In this document: positions 1-10,536 of the stretch, piece by piece
How the letters are laid out: each line of letters starts with the position of its first letter
Numbering within the stretch: the stretch's first letter is position 1
NCBI GenBank assembly: GCA_964016885.1
Contig: OZ024743.1
Span: 194,804,001-194,868,000, forward strand
Direction: 5' to 3'
DNA length: 64,000 nucleotides
Origin: Eledone cirrhosa
Taxonomy: Eukaryota
Program-made: the position numbers and the translations under genes
Notes under the pieces: model-generated
What the model was told of the DNA's origin: nothing
What the model saw: only the letters and a program-made list of their open reading frames with translations
Database searches by the model: none

Positions 1-239
1 TGTGCAAATATGAATTTCCCTAATGTAAGAGAAATCGATCGAAAAATAGTAAAATAACATTAACTTATTGGTTGTTAATACTACTGATCGAATATTCCAG
101 ACGGCTTCCATTTCTGTTTACATTTCTATCATTATAGTAGAATTTTCCTTTAATCTAAATATTTTAAAAATTTTCATATATATTTTTTTACTTTGTCTGA
201 TGGTTTATACATGTTAATGGTTATATATCTTAATTTCAG

Positions 240-326
240 AATATCTACTCTTATTTCGCTGAAAGCTATATATTAGATTTTATAACAAGAAATAGTTTCG
301 AAAACTTTGATGGATGGATATTCTTT
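240..326 (+). other. Candidate coding exon (phase 0-0), unknown gene
   Basis: TAATTTCAG acceptor and GTAAGT donor; 87 nt, open in one frame: NIYSYFAESYILDFITRNSFENFDGWIFF. No recognised homology. Confidence 0.3.
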
Positions 327-746
327 GTAAGTATAGTTTTGTACATGAAAGAGACGTGTTAATTAATTAACAGTCCAATGAATTAATATATCTTACACTA
401 ATTACTCGTCTATATTTTCTTCAATTATGACCTTATACAATTGATCAACTTTTCTTCTGTTTATTCTTAACCAATATATATTTTTATATTTTTGATAAGT
501 CATATAAGGGAAACCCATCAATTGGTTGGACAATAGCATGAATCTAGATAATTCTGGTAGATGGTTATGCAGTGGCTATTGCACGAAAATATTATCAAAA
601 TGAATTAAAATGTGTACTTTAATTACAAAATAAAAACAACAGGCTGGCTGTAATTGTATGCAACAATGTAAACAGTGTAAGTGTGTGAATTTAATTCTTA
701 TGTATTTCTATATATTGTTGGGGTCATGCTGCCAATAAGAACAGGG

Positions 747-948
747 CAGACCTGCAAGCCTATAAAAACCCGAACGGGGAGTACCATGAAAAAATGTGCC
801 CCAAAACGGGGAGAAATGAGGCAAAAACGGAGAGATTTTACATAATGTAAGCTATACCCATTTTCACAAGAGAAGACATCTTTCACCTCCCGTCCCCGCA
901 AAATGGATGCGAGATCTTACCGTCAGATGGAGAGAGTTGACAGGTCTG
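747..948. mobile_element. hAT-like MITE (~200 bp)
   Basis: Ends CAGACCTGCAAG / GTTGACAGGTCTG form a terminal inverted repeat; flanks GAACAGGG and GCACAGGC are a 6/8 match to an 8-bp TSD typical of hAT. Confidence 0.55.
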
Positions 949-1004
949 GCACAGGCATTAGTTGATGTTTCATTTCGGTGTTATCATTAAGTCAGGTAAG
1001 AAAG

Positions 1005-2090
1005 GGCAGTGGATTGTCGGAATTGGTAGAACATCTTAGAAAATACCATTGCGGTATGTTACTGACTCTATACATTCTTGGTCAAATTCTGACTAGGTCT
1101 ACCTTGCTTTTCTCAAAAAATTATGTTTTCACGTATTGTTATGATTTAGAGAGTCAATAAAAATCCTCTCATCGGTTGAGTGTCATTTCGGGTTTATTAT
1201 ATGTCATGTAAGGGCGGTGGATTGGCAGTATCGGAGGAGTCGGACACCATGCGTTACAGCATGGAGTTGCGGTCCTTTATGGTCTGAGTTCAAATCCCGC
1301 CGAGGTTTACTTTGCCTTTCATCCTTACGGAGTCGATAAAATAAGGCACCAGTAACGTACTGGGGTCGATTTAATCGACTTTTCCCTCCCACCAAATTAC
1401 TGGCCTTGTGCCTAAAGTAGAAACAATTATTAGTCAGGTAAAAGGCGGTGGGTTGGCAGTATCGTTTGATCGTCGTACAACTTGATTTGCAGAACAGAGT
1501 AACGGCCCTTAATGTTCTTAGTTCAAATCCCGTCGAAGTTATCTTTGCATTTCATTTTTACGGTGTCGATAAATAATGCACCAGTAATGCTATGGGGTCG
1601 ATTTAGTCGAGTTTTCCCTCTCCTCAAATTCCTGGCCTTGTGCCTAAAGTATTAATCATTATCAGCCAAGTAAAGGACGGTGGATTAGCAGTATGGATTG
1701 GGTGACGTACAACATACTGTGGAACATATATTTATGATCCTTAACTTTCTGAGCCCAAATCCCACCGAGGTTCTCTTTGCCTTTGATTCTTACAGGGTAA
1801 ATAAACAAAGGACCAGTAATACACTATGGTTGATTTAATCAAATTTTTCTTCTCCAAACATTGTTGGCCTTGTCTCTAAAGCAGGTAACAAAGGGTGAGG
1901 CATTGGATCAGTTGGTAGAGCATCGGTGAAAATGTTATTCAGGTATTTCTTCTGACTTTTTAGATACTAATTTTAAATCCCGTTGAGGTTAACTTTGCCT
2001 TTCATCATTCTGAGATCGATGAAATATGTTATCAGTCAAGTACTACGTAGTCCCAAATTTGTTGACATTGTGTCTAAATTTGAAATCATT
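1005..2090 (+). mobile_element. Head-to-tail array of five tRNA-derived SINE copies (~1005-1110 partial, 1212-1432, 1443-1662, 1677-1882, 1895-2090)
   Basis: Repeated head GGCGGTGGATTGGCAGTATCGG (A box), GAGTTCAAATCC (B box), central GCCTTTCATCCTTACGG.GTCGATAAAATAA and tail CTGGCCTTGTGCCTAAAGTAGAAACAATTATT. Confidence 0.85.
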
Positions 2091-2800
2091 GGCTTTGTGT
2101 TAAAAAACAATTATTTATCCGGTAACTAATCCATTCCCCGATTAATTTTAATACCCGGATGGTTATATAATTGGCAAAGGACTTCCGTCACACTTTCTGT
2201 GACCTTTCAAAGACTATTTGCCTCATATATCTCCTCTTAAATTTGATTTTGTTTAATGTACTCCATTTTGTCTTTCTCTTGAATGAGATGTGACGGTTAA
2301 TTAACCACCCGGTTACTAAACTTACCAAGGTGTTGTTTAGATTCCCAACCAATTAACGAAACTAAAGTCAAACTCAACTTCTGTATGTATCTTTCTTGGT
2401 AGCATGACTCTCCCACAATATAACAGTATCAGTTTCAACGCACGATTTCATATCAAACATTTTGCAAGCAAAAGAGACACAAATATTAAGAACAAATTCT
2501 GACGTTTCTTAATAGGTAGTGTGGCAGCTGCTGACAGATTCTAGTTTTATCAAAATCATCAGCAAATCATAGTTTTCATGAGCTACGTTCAGTCGCTAAA
2601 CATTTAAAAATGTAAATTACGATGCATTTTGACTAGTATAATTTGCATAGTTATAAACCGTAAAGGCGGTAGAGTGGCCGTATCGATAGAGCACGGGACA
2701 ACATGCGTCGCAACAGGATTTGAACTCAGCACGTAAAGATCGTAAGTAAATGGTGCGAAGCTGTAATAATTATTTTAATCTACATCGTCTACGATAGGTC

Positions 2801-2985
2801 TAATAATTGTTTCTACTTTCAGAACAAGGGCAGCAATCATTCCAGTGCATTACTGGTACTTTATTTTATCGACCCCGTAAGGCAAAGTTAACCTCGACCG
2901 GATTTGAACTCAGAATGGAAAAGTCCATAACTCTATGCTACAAAGCATGGCGTCCGAGCCTCTTACGATATTACCAATCCAACGG
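2801..2985 (-). mobile_element. tRNA-derived SINE
   Basis: Reverse complement of the same SINE consensus (TTGTTTCTACTTT...GGATTTGAACTCAG...CCAATCC). Confidence 0.8.
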
Positions 2986-2994
2986 TATCTGATT

Positions 2995-3138
2995 TACGTT
3001 CTGAGTTCAAATCCCGCCTTATTTTTTATCCGTTCGAGGTCAATAAAATAAAATAAAACTAATGCACTGGATTCGATTTAATCGACTTTCCACTGCCTTT
3101 AAATTGCTGGCCTTGTGCCTAAATTAGAAACTATTATT
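2995..3138 (+). mobile_element. SINE, 5'-truncated with internal deletion
   Basis: CTGAGTTCAAATCCCGCC...GGCCTTGTGCCTAAATTAGAAACTATTATT. Confidence 0.75.
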
Positions 3139-3585
3139 ACAAAATGTAAGAGAAGGGAAATAACTCAAGTAAGCCAATGACACGAATTGATATAATTCTT
3201 GCAGCTGGTAAATATATATATTATATCACAGTGAAATAAATGTACATCTTGCATACTAGTGTACAAAATATATTCATAAATATAGACCTATTCATTTTTA
3301 AACAGAAATAACATAATCAAATACTAAAATATTCGTAGAATGTATTTTCTATAAACATATATTTTCTTTCACACAGGCGAAAATAAAATAAAATTCACTA
3401 ACCTCCATAACCCGTCCACTTTCTGTTACTACGGATACCTCTATATCGACCTGAAAATTATTGATTTATTAGGAAGGGAACAAAACTGAGCATGCAATGT
3501 ACATGGCTATTTGGAAATTGTTCAAAACCTACCTAGTTGTAATTTAACTGAGATGTATATACATAATACTTACATACATGCGAAA

Positions 3586-3594
<9 letters not shown>

Positions 3595-3678
<84 letters not shown>

Positions 3679-3695
3679 CATATATATGATATAAA

Positions 3696-3786
<91 letters not shown>

Positions 3787-3893
3787 TAATACGTATGTGA
3801 TGAAACACAGATACCAACACAAGAGAATTCATTACCTTATTAATTTTATATATATATATACGTATTTAATCACATAAGTATACCCAAATGGTA

Positions 3894-3938
<45 letters not shown>

Positions 3939-4265
3939 TATATACATATACATATATACATGCATACATACTTATATACATACACACATACAATCACACA
4001 CACACACACACACATACACACATACATATATATATATAAATAATGATATCCTCATGCACCGAGATGCAATAAAATATCTTATAAAATAGGGTGAAGCCCC
4101 TTGAAGGATATAAAAGTCGCCATCGGCCGCACGGAGGAATCGAACACCACATCTAGATACCGGCTATTTGTAAATAGTCAACATCTACTTAATTGTAATT
4201 TACAATTTACAATATGGAAACATATATATATATATATATACATACATTCATACATAGATACATAT

Positions 4266-4321
<56 letters not shown>

Positions 4322-4335
4322 TCATACATAGATAC

Positions 4336-4386
<51 letters not shown>

Positions 4387-4559
4387 TATACTACAATCAC
4401 TGAATGTTAACGATCTACTATGTCATCGTATGTCATGCATCATTTTATTTTATCTGATGAGGACGTACTGTTGAACTTAACTTAGTACCTCTGAAATATG
4501 TATAATGAAACATAAAATATAATTGATCACAAGAATATCTATTTTGTTAATATTTTAAA

Positions 4560-4636
<77 letters not shown>

Positions 4637-4660
4637 ATATGTATATACATCTATGAGATA
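3595..4660. repeat. (TA)n/(CA)n/(TG)n microsatellite cluster with short unique islands
   Basis: Direct reading; source of the YIYI-type pseudo-ORFs. Confidence 0.95.
4441..4518 (+). ncRNA. Type I hammerhead ribozyme motif (PLE pseudo-LTR type)
   Basis: CTGATGA (4454-4460), stem II core GTACT/AGTAC, GAAA (4493-4496), TATGTA-TA; stem I TTTTAT/ATGAAA. Confidence 0.6.
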
Positions 4661-5371
4661 TGTGGCTTCAGTTACTCATAGCGACCTAATAGCAATTTCT
4701 TTTCTCGTCATTTAAGGTTCTTCACCCTAATTTATGAAGTAATTTATAGCATCTTCGCCATGAGCACTTCATTCTTTATATTAACTGTATCTTCTCAGTC
4801 GTTTTCAAGAGTCATAGAGATTGGCTACTTATATACATAAATTCTGTGTATGTAAGTATGTATGTATGTTTATATGTATATATATATATATATATTTATC
4901 TCGTGTATTTGTTTATTTTTTGGTACAAAGCCATGCAATTGTTCAATATACGCGTTGAAAGTGTATAGCGTTTGATATATGTTTATCAAATTAATTTAAA
5001 CAGTTTATGTAAATGCACCGAACGACTGTGTATCATGGCCGACTATACTCAACAAATTAAGAAGCAATTTACCCTTCCTATCTAATAGTACATTCCAATA
5101 TAAGTAAGTCCAATTCTAGGAAACTTTTACCTCCTTATATATTATCGAATTTTCCTTACATAGGTAAGGCATTCACCTCACGAAACCTTTGAGCTCCATT
5201 TGGATAACTGAGTAGTATTTTTACTTTTATGTTAGCTATCTCTGACGGCAAATATTTACAAATTTAGATCTCAGAAACAAAAAAAACCTGTGACTAAAAC
5301 CATTCTATTAGGCATCCTTTTCCCCATTCCGGCATCCAGCCTGTTGTCTCCTTCAACAAGACAATTTCATA

Positions 5372-5576
5372 TATAAATGCTACCATTCTTGAATGTTCCA
5401 TCACATTCCAGCTAGACGAAGTAAGCACACCAAATCTACTGTAATGTCTACCAATCCGTTTATATTTAATGCCAGGCTACGTTGCAGCTAGGCATGCTCA
5501 AACATTACAGTGGTTTTGGTGCGGTTACTTTCTCCACGAGGAATGTGATGGAACATTCAAGAGTGCTAGCATTTAT
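5372..5576. repeat. Foldback (inverted repeat) with ~80-bp arms
   Basis: TAAATGCTACCATTCTTGAATGTTCCATCACATTCC vs GGAATGTGATGGAACATTCAAGAGTGCTAGCATTTA, with further imperfect pairing inside. Confidence 0.85.
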
Positions 5577-8258
5577 GTACTAAAGAGTCTTGGAAATATC
5601 AGGTGTCTTCATGGATAGTATATACTTCAAGCTTATTCCAATCGCTGACTATAGCAACCTCTTCTGGGCAATTGCCAGTAGTGTCTCTACGAACATTACA
5701 GTCTGCTTTTGGATACCTTTCCACTAACAAGGTAAGTAGTTCTGTGGCAAGTAAAGCTTTCTCTCTACTCCTCACATATTACATGCAATCAAACAAATCC
5801 TCACACCACTAATTTTATCAACATATACATAATATATACGACAAGGGTGGAGACACCTCGAGTTACTTCAGACTAACGAAAGCACCGACCCTAACAGTGC
5901 ATTTTTTATTACACTCCATTAAATAAAAATCCTGTCCTTGATAAATACTTCAATAATGGTATTTCTAAAAGCTTGTATATGAATGTTTGGAAATGTTATA
6001 CATTGCGTTTTCCTTCTATAAAGAGCAGCATCAATGACCTTTGAAAAACCGATTTAGTCGTTAGCCACACAATATCGAACACGCTCCGTATACAGCTATC
6101 TATTATTGCACACTTAACACGCTAGATGCCATCCAATATGAAAGCTATTTACCTGATTAGTAGCAACACACTCATGAACATATTGTCTATTTTATAGCGA
6201 AGACTATTGTCTCTGCTTCTATGAACTATCTAGTTGTACGCTATCCCAACACTTGCACTCCTCATCCATTGTTTCAAATCTCTCTCACCTCGAAGTCCCA
6301 CACTAACAACTTCCTACATATCATCCGCTCCATAACGCCAACACTGGAATTCCCTCCACGCCCGTGTTTTCCCAGTAGACACCAACAAACAAGTTGAAGC
6401 CAAATAGACATCGATCAGTGTTACTAGTCTCGTAGTCTTTGTAAAGGTCACAGCTACCTCTCTCCCCTTCATTCTGAATAAAGCATACCAATCATACATG
6501 AATACATACTTACACACACACACACACGCACACGCACACACACACATACACACACACACATATATATAAATATATATATATATATATATTCATAAATGCA
6601 TTCATACATACGCTGACACACACATATATATATAATATATATATATATATTTATATATATATATATATATACGATAGAAAGAGACATAGAGTAGAGAAAG
6701 AAAAGAGAAGATACACGCCCGTGTATTTTTTATACGTACATATGTGAGTACGCTTGCGCGTGTGTCTGTCTATAAATTATCAAGAAATATGGAGCGATTA
6801 TAATATTAGAAAACGTTTTTCAGTAGTGAAGGTTGGGTGAAAAACACGAAAGTAACCGTCAGTTATTCGAATTAAATCCGTGAAAAATTGCCCTCTTAAG
6901 AAACCAAATATCAACTGCTGTTATAAGCAGGATTAGATTGCTGAGTCAAGATTAGAGCGGGTAAAGTTTAAAAAAACTATAAGCTGTGAATCTGTATTTG
7001 ACATATTATATGTTAAAGTTAATCAATCGTGTGAAAAGGATTTGTAATAGAGAATGTGTTGGTGTCACAATAGAAGTGATTTCCATCATATTGCTAGATA
7101 GGAACCCTAAGCCAAGCATTATATTTTATCCCAATCAAATTTGGAGTAGAAGAATAATAAATAAGCAGAGTGGAAAATACAGAGAAAAAGAGAGGGAAAT
7201 AAAGAGAGGTGGTAAAGAGACATAATGAGAGAGAGGGGGTTAAGAGGGGGAAGAAAGGGGGAAGAGAGGGTGAAGAGAAGGAGGAAGAAAGGTGAAGAAT
7301 GGGTAAAGAGGGGGGATAGAGGTGGTGAAGAGAGGGGAGGAAGAAAGGGTTGAAGAGTGAGGAAGAGAGGGAGGAAGAAAAGGCTGAGGATGGGGAAGAG
7401 AAGTGGGGTGGGGGAGAAGAGAGGGGGAGACGTTGAGAGAGAGGCTAATGATAAAGAAAATAGAGAGAGGTAGAAAAATGAGATATATTGAGAATGTTGT
7501 GTTTTCGCCAAATATCTAGGAATTGTCTCAATCTCACAGCTTTAGAATTTTACTAAGATTATGGGATCTCTGTAATCGAATCATCAATATATATTGACGT
7601 TGGTGTTCTATTTATTTTCTTAGATTAAAATCAAGCAGAATAGAAACTTCTTATAAGATTCTGAAATTACTAATAATATCAGCATAATTCCCACTCGTGC
7701 TAATATTGCTGCATGTTGTCGTCCCCTTATCTGATATTAGTTCCAACGATCTTTCCCATCCATACTTAAATATCGGATCTGTAGGCAATATTAGGCGATA
7801 TTTATTGAGAGCAATATGTTCACAGCACAGAATTTAATGCTTCCCTTGCACAAATGTTTAGCCTTCACATGAAGATTATTATTTATTTTTCTCTTTTAAT
7901 TAATCTTATAATCTCAAATAATAAATCGAGTCATTGCACATTTCCAATGAACAACTTATTGGTAGCCATGTTCATAATATGGTTGGCTTTAAACATCTTC
8001 GTATCTGGCAGCAGTTAACTTCACTATCGGTTGACTTATTAATACTCAATACAATTTGACCAAAATTGATTCTATGAATTTATTCGATCAGATATTCCTC
8101 AATTGATTTCCTACACTGGTTCATCGAAAGACGAGTGAAAAAACCCCTTTATTATAAAGCAATTCATTGGAAAAACAAATAAAGTCATCAACAACAAAAA
8201 ATATATATGAGAAAAATTCCCGAAAATTACTTCTCCCTCTTTCCGTTCTATTGCACAG

Positions 8259-8309
8259 TACTAGGATTTAAAGCCAGTATGTATTCGTCCTATACAGTGA
8301 CATATATTG
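8259..8309 (+). other. Candidate 51-nt coding exon (phase 1-1)
   Basis: Strong pyrimidine tract TTACTTCTCCCTCTTTCCGTTCTATTGCACAG and donor TG|GTAAGG; open only in phase 1: xLGFKASMYSSYTVTYI. Confidence 0.35.
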
Positions 8310-8687
8310 GTAAGGTATATTTGGGTAACCAGTGCTTAGATATTTAAGATTACACACACACACATGTGCATATATATATATATATGAGTCACGGGTTCAA
8401 TCGGGGGTAACCAAAGTAAGTATGGTACTAATTACATTAGAAGTGTGTATACTTAATTTAATATAGAAATGGCATCTACAGGACTAGATGACTTGTCTTC
8501 TTCAACACTATATATTTATATGGAAGCAACTTCTGTTTTAACTTTGCCTTTCATCCTTACGGGGTCGATAAAATAAAGAACCAGTAATGCACAGGGTAAT
8601 TGCTGGCCTTGTGCCAAAAGTAGAAACAGTTATATATTTATATATATATATATTTGTCTTATATATATATTTTTATATTTTATTTTG

Positions 8688-8730
<43 letters not shown>

Positions 8731-8737
<7 letters not shown>

Positions 8738-8922
8738 CTGAATATTAGGGAACCACAAGTAGATAGGTTTCTCAATATATTATTAGAGTAGACTCATATT
8801 TATTTCATATCAAAAGGCTTAATACAGTCTAGACCTGTTTCATTCGTACTAGATTATCAAGCGAGTGAACTATCTTTTGCCTCATACAAGCAACTTCTAT
8901 GTGAAATGTAAATAAATATAAA

Positions 8923-8968
<46 letters not shown>

Positions 8969-9264
8969 TAAAAAAATAATGAATAAAACAATGAAACAGT
9001 TCCTTATATTAAACAAAAAAAGTTCATTATTTAACGATCGTTTCTAGGACATATATGTATATATATATATATTATTCTGAATATTAGGGAACCACAAGTA
9101 GATAGGTTTCTCAATATATTATTAGAGAAGACTCATATTTATTTCATATCAAAAGGCTTAATACAGTCTAGACCTGTTTCATTCGTACTAGATTATCAAG
9201 CGAGTGAACTATCTTTTGCCTCATACAAGCAACTTCTATGTGAAATGTAAATAAATATAAATTC

Positions 9265-9297
<33 letters not shown>

Positions 9298-9374
9298 AAA
9301 ACAAATAATGAATAAAACAATGAAACAGTTCCTTATATTAAACAAAAAAAGTTCATTATTTAACGATCGTTTCT

Positions 9375-9381
<7 letters not shown>
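8731..9381. repeat. Near-identical tandem duplication of a ~320-bp unit (8731-9052 and 9070-9381)
   Basis: TATTATTCTGAATATTAGGGAACCACAAG...GATCGTTTCTAGGACA occurs twice, separated by (TA)n. Confidence 0.95.
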
Positions 9382-9412
<31 letters not shown>

Positions 9413-9498
9413 TATATATATATATATATATATATTCATATATTATTATTACTATATATATTCATATATATATATATATTCATATATATATATATATA

Positions 9499-9534
<36 letters not shown>

Positions 9535-9572
9535 TACATATATTCATATATATATATATATATATATATATA

Positions 9573-9870
9573 GATATAAGTATGTATACGTACATACATA
9601 TATGTATACAGATGTACAGTAGTATGTATATACATACATATATGCAAACATATATATATATGTACGTATGGGTTTACCGAACATGTATTATAATGTTCGG
9701 TTTGTTTGTAAACAAACAGCCCGAATTATTAGCCGTACAGTGTTCGGCAACCATCGTTCGGTAAACCCATACGTACATATATATATATATATATGTGTGC
9801 ATGTATGTATGTATATACATACTACTGTACGTGTGTATACATATATGTATGTACGTATACATACTTATAT
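9573..9870. mobile_element. Foldback/MITE-like element with ~110-bp microsatellite-rich inverted arms
   Basis: Arms end GTACGTATGGGTTTACCGAAC / GTTCGGTAAACCCATACGTAC; ORFs 9582+ and 9674- translate almost identically. Confidence 0.75.
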
Positions 9871-9923
9871 ATGAGTATCAGCCGTACTAAGAGTGAGAAA
9901 TGAAATTTCATTTTTTCCATCTA

Positions 9924-10003
<80 letters not shown>

Positions 10004-10085
10004 GGAGGTGAGTTTTATTGTAGTACAATAAAGCAATGCAGATAAAACTGCACTATCCACAAGTGTTTTTTAGCCTTCATATCAT

Positions 10086-10171
10086 GTTCTCCTGTTTTAT
10101 CTGATGAAAACACAAATATTATTGCATGATGATGTTTGTTTTTGAAATGCGCATAATAAAATACATGGAAC
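10086..10171 (+). ncRNA. Type I hammerhead ribozyme motif
   Basis: CTGATGA (10101-10107), long AT-rich stem II (AAACACAAATATTAT / ATGATGATGTTTGTTTT), GAAA (10144-10147), palindromic TGCGCA, TA; stem I GTTTTAT/ATAAAAT. Confidence 0.75.
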
Positions 10172-10193
10172 TCCTTTAACCATCTTTTGATCT

Positions 10194-10294
<101 letters not shown>

Positions 10295-10536
10295 AAATAT
10301 ATATATATATACATTTATATATTTCTATGATTTTTTGTTCACGATCGCCTGTATTATTACCTTTATGATTTTTTGTCTTTAATTTTCCGGTGTTTACTCC
10401 CCCCTCCCTACGTTTTTCTGTTCCTTTTTCCCTTCCCCGTCTCTGCCTATCCTTCGCACTCACCCCTTCGTTCACTCCACCCCGCTTCACACCCCCGCCC
10501 TCTCATCCCTCCCCCTGCTTTCACCCAACGCCCATC

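Noticed and set aside
4100-4190. tRNA gene suggested by a GTTCGATTCC B box on the minus strand
   Set aside because: No cloverleaf or convincing A box; at most a SINE-head remnant.
3511-4474. ORFs of [12 protein letters not shown]/poly-L/V/S/T type here and throughout the window
   Set aside because: Translations of di- and trinucleotide microsatellites.
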